DNA of 62,947 nucleotides, filler included, from Olpidium bornovanus S191 (Eukaryota; Fungi; Olpidiomycota): NCBI GenBank assembly GCA_017911155.1. It is 32 parts of 32 records of this genome, joined end to end, with 100 filler letters (N's around TTAATTAATTAA, not from the genome) between each part and the next. Parts side by side here need not be neighbours in the genome. Positions count along the whole stretch, not along the records: positions 10,111 to 12,243 come from JAEFCI010007106.1; positions 12,344 to 13,605 come from JAEFCI010001858.1; positions 13,706 to 15,635 come from JAEFCI010002732.1; positions 15,736 to 17,487 come from JAEFCI010002853.1; positions 17,588 to 20,424 come from JAEFCI010007878.1; positions 20,525 to 21,847 come from JAEFCI010003510.1; positions 21,948 to 24,054 come from JAEFCI010012563.1; 25 more parts are not named here. One strand, 5' to 3'. Shown piece by piece: positions 10,908 to 22,238 of this stretch (position 1 is its first letter; each line of letters starts with the position of its first letter). The notes under the pieces were generated by a model. It saw only the letters and a program-made list of their open reading frames with translations, ran no database searches and was not told where the DNA came from. The position numbers and the translations under genes were made by a program.

Positions 10908-11859
10908 TTATTTGTCCTCGTCGGCATTCGTTGCTCGGGCTAAACACACACCGGCACACGCACAAAAAGGAGCAAAGCAAAAACAAACGTCAGTGTTTAC
11001 GAAACTGCGCAAACTAACGCACCACGCCTTCCGGCAAAACTTCAAACAAAGCCGCGTTGGGAATGCCCTAGGGAGCACGTCGCCTGCACATACTGAAGAT
11101 GAGCTGTGCCTTGTGCGAAGATATTTCCGTGATGGCTCCCTTCTCACGCAACTCCCTGATGGCACGACGGGCAAGGGACCCGTTGATGCGCAGACGGTCG
11201 CTCAGAACGGAAGGCGTGACGAGCTTGTAAGTGGCAGCCTCTTTTATGAGCTTCTCGTAGGTGCTCTTGTCAAAAATAACGGCATTGTTGGCCTTGTCCT
11301 TGACCTTTCCCTTTGACCACTTCTTCTTCTTGGCCTTGCCTCCTCCGCCGGAGCTGGGCTTGGCAGGCGCAGCCGCCTTCGCGTCCTTCTTAGCCTGCAG
11401 GAATGGTAAGGGCAGGTTCACCCCAAAGCGAGACGTCAAGGACGCGTGAGCATACAGTCAGGTCCGGAAACACGGTCGCCTATTCTGTGCCAGCGCCAAA
11501 CTTCGTGGGATAACGTTGGCCAATCGTCCGGCAGACGACACGGCCTCACGCGCGGCGGCCGGACACAACAAGGTCGAGTTGGCGCACGACGTTCAGGTCC
11601 ACAGCAGCAACCACGTTGGCGAGTTCCCTGGGGACCTGGTTCGGAGTCCCCGGCGGGTTCGGCCAAACGGGGCACCGCTGCAGCGTCGAATCCTCGACCC
11701 ATCCCATCCTGCCGTCAAAGCGCAGCCATCCTCGGGGCCGGCGGCCGGCAGCGCTGAAAGCGGGACGGCCGCCCGCCAACACGACGACCATCTCGGGCAG
11801 CGATGCAACGTGTTGGGCAACCCTCCGTGGGTCTCCGCACGCCTGGGGGGCCGTACCAT
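10908..11859 (-). CDS. RPS25: 40S ribosomal protein eS25. Exons 11859-11857 (ATG only), 11394-11094, 10939-10908
   Basis: [63 protein letters not shown]...[17 protein letters not shown]. Phases agree. The ATG exon is inferred from AAAAATG|GTACGG. Confidence 0.95.
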
Positions 11860-12343
11860 TTTTTTGTACTGTAGCTTTTTTTTTTTTTTTTTTTTTTGCA
11901 GGGAAGGGGTTTTGTCCCGTGAAGCAGGGGGGAGGGGAAGGGTGGAGGGGGTTGCAGCGGACGTTTTTTTTTTTTTTTTTGTTTCTCCCCTGCTCTCCGC
12001 AGCCCCGCTCGGGATAAAAAAATAAACGCCCTACGCCGAACCCCAACGCGCCGCGTTGGAACATGAAAAACTAACGAGACCGGGGAGTCCAAAGGAAGCG
12101 CGCAGAATGGGAATAGCTGTTGCATGGAAGAAAGATTGTGTAGAGGTGGGCGTAAACTATCTACCTTGTTATGTTGTGCATCTCATTGTGGCGATCTCCA
12201 GAACGGGAATTGCAAGGCCGGCACACGGGCCGGCGCTCGTGACNNNNNNNNNNNNNNNNNNNNNNNNNNNNNNNNNNNNNNNNNNNNTTAATTAATTAAN
12301 NNNNNNNNNNNNNNNNNNNNNNNNNNNNNNNNNNNNNNNNNNN

Positions 12344-13269
12344 CATGGAAGGCTAACGCCCAGGCGGTTCCCGGTATAATGCCCTCCGCAGCAGGGTCTG
12401 GCGGTGTTCCGGCGTGGAAGGCGGAGATTGCGGCTAGAAAAGCAGCGAAGGTAAGTTTCTGACGCTTGAAACGCAGTCAGTCTCAGCTTAGGATCAGCGC
12501 CCATAATCTGGCGTCGTGCCCCTTCTGCTGCTCTGGTCTGCGACCGCAGTCAACCGAGAACGTCGCAAAAGCCGCCGCCTCGCCCGTTCCCCCGCTGCGT
12601 TCGGCAGTGCCGCACAGCTCCAGCACCCCGGTGCTCTCGAAACTGGGGCCCGCATCCTCTTCGAGCACCTCGGGACCGACGTCGAGCGAACCGCTCGCGT
12701 CTGCATTGCCTGCAAGAGGTTGGGTGCGGGGGCACCGGGCGGTTTTGCTTTGCTTCGCCGTATCGTTTTTGCGCGCTTCATCAACGGACTGAAACGCGGC
12801 CCCTCTCGTTTTTTTTTTTGCCTTTGCCGGATCCCCAGGTAGGGGTGCGCCGCCGCCGATCGCCCCGAAACCTGTCATCCCTCGCAAGCCCGAGAATCTC
12901 TCGGCAGGCAAAACGCCGGGCGTACCCGCCCGGACCGCCGCTGCCGGCCCGGTACCGCCACCACGTCACAACGACGCCAGTTCGGCGCCCAACCCACAAG
13001 CTTCGCTAGCCGAAATGGTTAGTGGACTGGAGCAAAAGGGTGTGGAGAGGTGGGGGGCGGGGGGGGCGCGTGGAAGTCTCCTCCGGCCTCCTTCATAGAC
13101 CAGCCCGGTGTCGACTATTTTCGTGATCGGACACGACTAGCCCAACTTGCTCTGCACTTCGCTAACTGCCGGGTTATCGTCCCCCCCCACCCTCCTACCC
13201 ATTCGTAAGATCAAGAAGACGCGACAGCCAGATGAGGCTGAAGAGGACGACGACGAGGAGTGGCACTAA
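12344..13269 (+). CDS. C-terminal tail of a fungal class I myosin (or another Arp2/3 nucleation-promoting factor). Exons <12344-12450, 12550-12718, 12839-13017, 13210-13269
   Basis: Not visible in the ORF track. The phase-consistent splice gives ...VPAWKAEIAARKAAK...GRGAPPPIAPKPVIPRKP...PQASLAEMIKKTRQPDEAEEDDDEEWH*: Pro-rich, then a central helix (SLAEM), then an acidic motif with penultimate Trp and no WH2, as in fungal Myo1/Myo3/5 tails. Confidence 0.7.
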
Positions 13270-14668
13270 GTCCAGAAACGTTAAAAAAAGAGCCTTTTTT
13301 TGGGAGCAGGAACACCGGCGGATCAGTGACACGCAGATTCTGCAGCAAAGGAGTTCACCCTTACTTCGCCGTTACATGCAAATCGCATACAAGATGTATT
13401 TTAACACGCAACTCATCAACAAAAACGAATTACCGTCCGATCCCAGCCGGCGCGGTACCTTTTTTTTTTTTTTTTAGGTGCCGCCCCCGCCGCCAAAAAA
13501 ATGTTACCACTCGACTTTTTCGACAAGTTGCCACGCGCTTCCGGGCGCGTGTCTGGACGACCAGGGACTTTTTGTCTGCCGCAATCGCGGCCGCGAGTTT
13601 GCGGGNNNNNNNNNNNNNNNNNNNNNNNNNNNNNNNNNNNNNNNNNNNNTTAATTAATTAANNNNNNNNNNNNNNNNNNNNNNNNNNNNNNNNNNNNNNN
13701 NNNNNTCATGCCACGGTGCCGCAATGGTCGGCACTAAAATATGCCGCGAAGAATCCGGCGAAAAATGATGTGCGCGCATTTTGGCCGCACGAAATATTTT
13801 CGCAGCAATCGACTCTGGAGGTAATCTGACAAAAAAAGATTTGCGTCATCTGAGGTATCGAAGGATGGCCCATATGCAGAATATCGTGAAGACGATGCCG
13901 CCGAGGAATATCCACCGGTCCTGGGACGACCGACGCTCGATGTATCGGATCACCGAGCGCGAGAGCCCCAGCTGGTTCATACTGTCGAAAATCCGCCGCT
14001 GAGCCGACTGTTCGGGGCCGGCAGACGGAACCCAGCCGTCAAATTCCGTTTGAGTTCGTCACAAGTGGCACAGCGGGCAAAGTCAGGCACGATAACCGGT
14101 CTTCCGCGATGTGTTCCGGGGGGTCATCCGGGCCGGTCCGAGTCGGCAAACAACAAAACGTCGCAGATCGCAAACCTTCATCGCGCTCTCCTGATGATGC
14201 AAGTCCTGTAACGCCGCCGTGCCGACGGCTATGTAGTCATCTAGCTGCCGCTCTGCGTAGTTGGCAAACTCGTGCTCCCGGAGCGAATGATCTTCAATGG
14301 TTATGGCGGTCGCCGCCGTCTAGGTCGGAAAAACTTGAGTCAATGGGTTAGAGGGCCAACCTTTTCTTGCGCATCCAACGGTAACAGGGGCCATCCAGCG
14401 ATGCTTTGCGCGACGAACGGTTTTCGAACTGGGACGGGGCACGCAAGGGGCAACCGCAGGGGATGCCCGCCGCACAATCCTCACCGAGTGGGGATTTCGC
14501 CGGTCCAACAGTTCCGTGCGCTCTTTGCTCGGGATCAACTACGTACAGGTGCGCAACGACGGCGTCAGTGGGGCCACACAAACTCCGCCAAAAGCTCGCC
14601 ACTGCCGAAGTTTAATCTCAAGACAATTCTGCCGAAACTCGATCTCAAGACAATTCAAATATCCTCAC

Positions 14669-15213
14669 CTTGACCGAGTACTTCTCCTTTGACCGCTCAA
14701 AGGCGGCCTTTAACGCACTGTACTCGTCGTTGAATGTTGCCACACGCCTAGGTTGAGCACAAAGCAGGCAGAGCGACATCAGCAAAGCTGCCTCTCTTCT
14801 CCCCCCCCCCTCCCCCCCCCGGGCTCCTAAATTGACCGGCGGCCCGCGCAACGAGCTTCCCGCCGTCGAGCCCGCGCGCACATGAGGGCCTTTTCCGTCT
14901 TAGCCAGGTCCAGTTCCCGCCTCGCCTGTGCCTCGTAGTCTTCGACAGCTCGCTTGAACAAGTTCAGCCCTGCAGATATCTGTCCTGCAAAGACGGCAAA
15001 AAGCAAGCGAGGCGGGAAGTGCGGGGTCGGCGTCTCTTTCCAGCCGCAGCGGGGGAAACGGTGGCGGCGGCGGGTGGCGTCGGGTTCCCGGGTTCTCCCG
15101 CCCACACACGGACCCTGCAGCGCGTTGGAGGTGTCCTCGCCGGACTCGAGCCTCGCCACGTCCTTCTTCAGCGCGTTCAGCTGCTTGAGCGTGGTGTTGT
15201 GGTGGGCGTTCAT
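14669..15213 (-). CDS. BOS1: ER-Golgi SNARE Bos1/membrin, first three exons (15213-15114, 14984-14882, 14747-14669). SNARE motif and TM anchor not found
   Basis: MNAHHNTTLKQLNALKKDVARLESGEDTSNALQGQISAGLNLFKRAVEDYEAQARRELDLAKTEKALMRVATFNDEYSALKAAFERSKEKYSVK matches the fungal Bos1 N-terminal Habc (..ALQGQIS..L....DDY...A.RE....K.EKA..RV..F). Confidence 0.85.
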
Positions 15214-15816
15214 TGTTGCTGTGGGGCGGGGCTGGTTCTCCCCCGGGGGCGGGCTGTGCGGGGGCGACGGCGAGGAAGTGTGAGCTGGGGTGCGTGTGCG
15301 GGGTGCGGGCGGGCTGGAGGCGGTGGAGGGGGGAGGAGGAGGCGTGAATCGGGATCCGACGTGGATCCGTCGTGGATCCGTCGATTCCGCTGCGCCCCGG
15401 CTCTGGCGAGATCCCCGCCCCGGACGAGGAGAAAGCATGCAACGAGACATTGCGCCTGCGCCGATCCCCCGGGACAGGAGGAGTAGTTTGGGCCGCCGTC
15501 CCGCCGCCCGCAACCTCCTCCGCCTCCAGCTCTAACATACGGATTCGTGTCTCGAACTCCGCCATGATTCGCATGCGATCTTCCGGTCTCCTCGATGCGC
15601 GCTGAAGATCATCCTTCGGCGCGTCATCGCGCCGANNNNNNNNNNNNNNNNNNNNNNNNNNNNNNNNNNNNNNNNNNNNTTAATTAATTAANNNNNNNNN
15701 NNNNNNNNNNNNNNNNNNNNNNNNNNNNNNNNNNNCTTGCAGCCAGCATGCAGACGGGACTCCTGCTCTGCAATGAGACCAAAACAACAAAAGTCAATGG
15801 GAGATATCGGTAACTG

Positions 15817-15834
15817 AGGAGAGAGAGAGAGCGC

Positions 15835-15875
<41 letters not shown>

Positions 15876-15912
15876 AGAGAGAGCATTGAGGAAAATCTGA
15901 GACTCCGGGGCG

Positions 15913-15943
<31 letters not shown>

Positions 15944-15992
15944 CAGAGAGAGAGAGAGAGAGAAAACGGAGAGAAAGAGAGCGCGGAGAGAG
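15817..15992. repeat. (AG)n microsatellite cluster
   Basis: Multiple long AG dinucleotide runs. Confidence 0.95.
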
Positions 15993-16329
15993 AACACCCC
16001 CTCCCCCCACCTTCCTCCTCCTCCCCCCGTGCGCCCCCCCTGGGCCACCCCCACACACACACACAACCCCCCCCCCCTGCACCCCCCCTTTGTATTTTTG
16101 GGCAGCAGGCGGGCGAGACCGCAGGTGGCGAGCAGGCGAGGTGACGGCGAGAAGAACGATAAGCGGAGCGAGCACGGTAACCGCAGGCGGGGCAGGTGTA
16201 CCGGGAAACATTGCCGCCGCAGTTGATCCGGCCCAGAGTGATGACAGCGTCCTCGGGAGTGGAGTAACTCCATCTCGCTGCGCAGATAATGTCCGAGGAA
16301 AACGCTACTCAAAACCGACATCCAATTGA

Positions 16330-17487
16330 CGTTGCGAACGGAATATTTTGGGCTGCGGAATATATCAACCTATCTGAAAAAGTTTGAACTCCACTTTCGT
16401 CTTTTTGATATGACGGATGCGGAGAACAGATGAGTATTCCTGCTAACAGTCGACCCTGAACATGAACAGGGGGTTCGCGACGCCATCCATAGTGTGTTTG
16501 TTTGGCGTGATTGCAAGGAGACTGCGAGCAGAGTTTAACCTCGAAGACATGTATAGAATGACGGTGGCGAAGTTCATGGATTGGATCCTACAGTCGAAGA
16601 CGGTGTGGAGCGAGGTTCACCCTTGCGGGCGGACGGTGTTCGTATGCGACTCACCATATCCCTCCGATAATTATACGCCTAGGGAGCCGCCGTCATGGAT
16701 TGCACACCGATCAGTTACCACCCTCGAGAGAAATCACACGCCGGGAGAGAGGGAATAAGCACATCCTGCAATAACCACTCATCAATCTGTAACCTGTCGG
16801 TCGCGTCGTAGAACCTCCCCCCGTCGCCCCCCCCCCCCTTTTTTTTAGGTTAAATAAGCTATAACCCTCCTCCAAAAACGGGTTTTCCCTGGGGTGCCCT
16901 CCCTCCCCAGACATCATCTCCTACCGATACTCAGCACCCCCACGCGCTGCCCTTCGATAAACCACCCCTCCCGTGTGTATCGGCACCTTAGTAATACACG
17001 TCTCAGCGCCGGCAGGACCACTTCCCCCCGTGGGTGCCGGCACACCGCTGATAAAACCTCCACAACGGTCGATCCCCGTGAGATTTTGCTGGAAATCTAA
17101 TGGAAGTTCAAAGAGCTTGATCCGAGGAACCGCGTGATCTTCGCCGATAAACCACGGGCCTATCTCGAGGCGCTCCCACCATCTTGGAAGGACATTATGT
17201 ATGAGAAGCTGTGTCAGGAAGGGCGGCTCACCGAGGATTGGGAGATGGTTCGTCGGATCGCTCGCCAAGAAGGGGGCGTAAGTCGAAAGAAAAGCTATGG
17301 GCCATTCGACCTCACCTTTGGGCAGCAGGTCTCCCTCCCCGGGTTCCGGAACTCCGGAGCGATGACCCCGACCCCCGCGCCTGCGGCAGACGAGCTGACC
17401 AACTGAATGAAGACGCCCGTCACCCAGGCGTGCAACAACATCTTGACTGCGCAGGACACGCAGGCCAAACACTACAATCAACCATGC
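16330..17487 (+). mobile_element. Decayed LTR-retrotransposon gag-like fragment
   Basis: Frameshifted YFGLRNISTYLKKFELHFRLFDMTDA..VFLLTVDPEHE / LRAEFNLEDMYRMTVAKFMDWI and, after about 350 nt, KELDPRNRVIFADKPRAYLEALPPSWKDIMYEKL...LTEDWEMVRR. F.G.NI..YL..FE is typical of a Gypsy-type gag. No introns; stops present. Confidence 0.55.
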
Positions 17488-17726
17488 NNNNNNNNNNNNN
17501 NNNNNNNNNNNNNNNNNNNNNNNNNNNNNNNTTAATTAATTAANNNNNNNNNNNNNNNNNNNNNNNNNNNNNNNNNNNNNNNNNNNNCAGCACTCTCTTT
17601 ACTGTTTCCACGCTCTCAACTTTTTCTTTTCCTCCTTTTTATTTTTTGTGGCGGGGGGGAAGTCCGGGGGAGCGCGGGAAAAAGGGGGGCGGGGGGCGGG
17701 GCGCGCGCGGGGGGGCGGGGGTGTTG

Positions 17727-17777
<51 letters not shown>

Positions 17778-17918
17778 GTTTTCCCGGGGGATTCTTGTTG
17801 ATAATTCCGAAGCTGAACGGCTTCGCTCGCTCGCTCAGACGCCGCCCCCGCCCTCCCACCCCACAAGCGGAGGGAAAAGAAATTTTAACAGGAATCAAAA
17901 AAAAAAAAAAAAAAAAAA

Positions 17919-20424
17919 ATGTTCGCCCCCCTGGGCAACAAAAAGAAGTCGAGGTCCAAGGGCTCCATTGCCGCCGGAGGAGACGGGCGGCCGGAAGGCG
18001 ACGCTGCGGCGCCAGCCCAGGCGGTGGTTGCAGAGGTCGCTGCCGCCGCGGAAGCCGCGGCAGGGCTCGACCTCCTCCTCAACGACGACATTCCTGGCGC
18101 GGAGCGGGTGTTCGGTGCCGCCTGCGGAGTCTCGCCCGCCCACGCGTTGGGAATGGGCGTCTGCGCATCGATCAGGGCGATCATGAGGTGAGGCTTCGAG
18201 CAACCGGCGCACCCCCAGCCAAGTTTTGCAGGAAAGGTGCGTTTGGCGCGGGACCGGGAGAGCTCCCTGTCCCGTCGGGAAGCCGGGGTTCCCCCGTTGA
18301 CCCTCTGGTTCCGTTTGGGCCCGCGGCCCTTCCCTTCCCACTTCCCAAGTTTTGAGGGAAAGGACGTGGAGCGGGCAATGTCGATCCTGTCGGCAGGAGA
18401 AAGCCTGGCGACCGCTAGAGCAAAAGCGGAGAGAGAGGCGGCCAATGGCTCGACGTCGACCTCGTCATCTGCCTGGCTCACACGCTGGTTCAAAGGGCGG
18501 CCGTCCGCCGTCGCTGGCCCGGGCAAGGAGACCTCACCGAACGGAGGAAGCGCCGCGGAAGACGCGGAACCTTTGGACTTCGTCCAGCTCGCGGGCCTCA
18601 GATTCGACGTCATATCCGCGGATTGTAACCTTCTCGGTGCGATCGTCGCCATGTTGACGAAGGAGTCGATATCCGAGTACTTGAAGGCGGCTCTCAAGCT
18701 GCGCCGCTCGCTCGCGACCTTTAATAGGGCGTTCCGACTTCTTTTTTCGGACGTCCAGGTTGCCGGCAAGCCGTCCTCCTCTTTGTCCCTGGGCGAACAG
18801 TCGCCCTCGGTTTCCCGTTCGGGGCTGGCCGAGCTCGATCGCACGCTGTACGCCGGGGTGTGTTTCGGCATAGGTTTGTGGTCGCTGCTCATGAGCCACA
18901 TGCCCTCGCAGGCCCGAGCGTTGTTGTCGTTTATCGGTTTGTCTGTTGGCCCCGCGGCGACGACGAACGTCGACCTGGACGTCGAGGGCCTACCAGAGAA
19001 CACTCCGGGCGGCTTCGAGGACGGCTCCCTCTCTCCCGGCGGCCTTCCGGCCGAAAGCGGCGGCGGTCCGGAGGCGCAGAACGTCCGCCCGCCCGGTCCG
19101 TCTGCAGCCGGCTCGTCTTCCTCGTCCAGCGATAACCGTTTCGCCATCCTCCAGCTCCGCAAGTGCCTGGCGCACGGTGACCCGTTCCACTCTCCGCTTG
19201 CCGCCCTGGTCCTCTGCTCTTACTACACCGCCGTCTCCGGCTTTGCCTCCGGCCACGGCTCGTTCGGCCCCGAGGCCTCGCTGAAGGAATCGCGGTCAAT
19301 CCTGCAGAAAATGCGCGCCCAATATCCGCGCGGCGGGATATGGAGGATTCTCGAAGGGAAGCTGCTGAGACTGGATAGAGATGCCGCGAGTTCCGTCGTT
19401 GTCCTCGCTGACGAGAAAAGGGTCTGTGAGGAGAAAAAAGAGGGCGGAGCGATGCAGCTGAACCAGCTGGCGAGCTACGGTGAGCGCCAGCGCGGTTCTC
19501 TCCATTCGACGTCTCATAATCGCCAGCCGGCCTCTCGTTGTCCCTCCTGAATTCCTGTGCGGAACGAAACGGTTTGACGCCCCTCCTGTCTGGCGTTTCT
19601 GTTCGTCCGCCTCGGTGTCGTTTACGCGGACAGAACTGGCTTGGTAAGATGCTTCAACGTGCCGAATCTTGATCACAAACGTCTCGGAATTTTCGCCCAC
19701 CTGCTGACCGCAAACCAGGTCCTACCTCGTCGAAGGCCAGGCCGCGGAGGCCGCGGCGCTGTTTGAGGAGCTGTTGACGAACGGAAGCTTTTCCAAAGCT
19801 TTCTACGCTTTCAGCGCTGGAGTGTGCCACATCGAAGCCGCCCGGGCCCCGAGCATCGCGCGAGACCGCGCAGCGGAGCACGCGTCGAAAGGGAAAGCGC
19901 TTTTCGACCAGGTGCCCTCCCTCGCGCGAAAGCGTTTCGCGGGGAAGCCGCTTGCGCTCGAGCTGTACGCCACGGAGAGTTCGAGGCGGTACCTGGCCGC
20001 GCTGGAGAAAGGGGGAACCCCTCTCGCGCCGTGCCACGAATTTTTGTACTTTTGGAACGGTTTCCGCCAGCTCTCTCCCGCGCAGCTGGACGCGACGATC
20101 CTGCGGCTCCGGGAAGGTCTCGCGGGGGAGGCGTCGCCTGGGGAGAAGGCGGCGCTGCTGCTTCTCCTCGGCTGCGCCCTCCGCGAGAAGCACGAGCACC
20201 CCGAGGCGCGGCTGCTGCTCGAGCAGGCCACGGAACTGGCCGACAAACTGCAGAAGGAAGGGTCTGCCGACCCGCTGGGCAAGTTCGCGGGACCATACTC
20301 GCTGTACGAGCGCGCGCTGCTCAAGTTGGAAACGTCGTACGACGGGCAGGACGCCCGCGCGCTCGAAGAGGCCGACGATCTCCTTAAAATGACCGGCAAG
20401 GCCAGCGGCTTTTGGTTCGACATG
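17919..20424 (+). CDS. IML2: IML2/TTC39-family TPR protein (3' partial). Exons 17919-18187, 18350-19479, 19634-19643, 19719->20424
   Basis: GLDLLLNDD..GAE; GVCFGIGLWSLLMSHMPSQARALLSFIG; YPRGGIWRILEGKL; spliced YELAWSYL...FSKAFY; GKPLALE; PCHEFLYFWNGF; FAGPYSLYERA. These are TTC39/DUF3808 hallmarks. Confidence 0.9.
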
Positions 20425-20663
20425 NNNNNNNNNNNNNNNNNNNNNNNNNNNNNNNNNNNNNNNNNNNNTTAATTAATTAANNNNNNNNNNNNNNNNNNNN
20501 NNNNNNNNNNNNNNNNNNNNNNNNAGACAACATTATTCTCACGGTCACGCGTTTGAAAGTTTTGGAATCAAAGGTCGCGGTGGCAATCGCATGTTGTTTG
20601 GGAAGTAGCCACCAAAAATTCGGGTAACGCCTGCTCTGTCCATGCAATGGGGGAAAACCACCG

Positions 20664-21724
20664 CTACAACTTGGGCACGAACGCCAGCGCGGCTGCCGAC
20701 AGCGCGCACAGCAGGCCGGCCCATTCCGGGGGGCCGACGGCCGCCGACGAGGCGGAGCCGAGCGGGACGTCGAAGTCCTTGACCTTGGCGACGGGGCCCG
20801 GGGCGTCGCGCCTGGGGAACACGAACTTGAAGTCGTTGTAGACCGTGACGTTGCCGAACGCGGCGCCGTTCTTCGAGTAGGTCGACAGGTGCACGGCGTC
20901 GCCCTCGGTCGGGTAGATCCTGGTGGAGAGGGCGAACCGGCCGTTGGCGTACACCTCGAGGACGGAGCTGTCTACGAAGACCCGCAGCTCGAGCTTCTCC
21001 ATCTTGACGCACTCCAAAGAGGCGTCGCAGGCGATGTCGAAGAGCTCGAACTTGCCCGACTCCTCCGTCTTGACCACCCCCTCGGCCTTGCTGCTCCTCT
21101 CGCGGTCGACGACGACGCGGCCCCGCCCATGGTCGTAGTACACGAGCGTCCTCTCGGACATGTCGTCGGTGTGGCGGACGACGAAACCCACCCGCCCGTC
21201 GGCGGGAATGTGCTCCGCGGTGGCGACGGCCTCGTAGAACTTGCCCTTCACGGGGAGGCGCTCAACGGTTTTCTTCGTCCCCTCCACCGTCATCTGGTGG
21301 GTGTAGCCGGCGCCGCCGTCGCGCAGGGCCTCCACCTCGCGCACGGGGCGGACGCCGAGCGTCGTCACGACCTTCGTCCGCTGGCCGCCGACGACCGGAC
21401 CGTCCGAGACTTTAAAGGGTCCGGCGCCGGCCAGGCGGTCATGGGGGTCGAACACGTGCCTGTAGGTGGCCACGAAATGCTCGCGCGGCAGAGTGAACGT
21501 GCCGGCCCAGCCCAAGCGCTCGGAGTCCATGTCCTCGCCTATCCAGCCGTACGCGACCTGCCGCCCGACCTTGGGGTCCCAGAACGAGTTGCTGGCGTAC
21601 GAGCGGCCCGCGTCGGCGATCCCGCGGGCCGTCGGGATCAGGGTCACGCGCCCGTCGCCGGTATTGCTGAACTCTCCGGACACCCAGAGACTCCAGTGGT
21701 TGTCATGAGTTGCGCCGCGACCAC
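20664..21724 (-). CDS. Glycoside hydrolase family 32 (beta-fructofuranosidase/invertase-like), last exon, with a C-terminal GPI-type signal
   Basis: GGRGATHDNHWSLW..., DAGRSYASNSFWDP...RQVAYGWIGED...GWAGTFTLPRE, LELRVFVDSSVLEVYANGRFALSTRIYP (GH32 C-terminal beta-sandwich). It ends in GSASSAA plus a hydrophobic tail (WAGLLCALSAAALAFVPKL*). The catalytic N-terminus is missing. Confidence 0.92.
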
Positions 21725-21778
21725 CTTGGGAAAGGAAAGCGTTGAACGGGGCCGCTTAGCGTCAGTCGGCACCGTTCG

Positions 21779-21847
<69 letters not shown>

Positions 21848-22238
21848 NNNNNNNNNNNNNNNNNNNNNNNNNNNNNNNNNNNNNNNNNNNNTTAATTAAT
21901 TAANNNNNNNNNNNNNNNNNNNNNNNNNNNNNNNNNNNNNNNNNNNNCATGCGGCCAAAAAGACCGAGCGCTCCTCCACCCCGTCGCAAACACCGTCTTC
22001 GGGAAGAAAGTAGGGAGGAAGTGGCTTACGAGCTTAAACGGCGCGGTCGGGTCGGGGCGGGCGGACGCGCGGGAGAGGGGCGGGGTGTGTGTGGCTGGTG
22101 GTTTGGTCGGTTCGGGTTCTGGTTTTGGGTTCGTTCGGTTCGGTTTCCGGTTTTGCGCCCGGGAACGGAAGAGAGGCGCTCGCCCCCGCGCCACCGCCGG
22201 CCACGGACAGGAGAGGGCGAAAATAAAAAGAAAACGAA

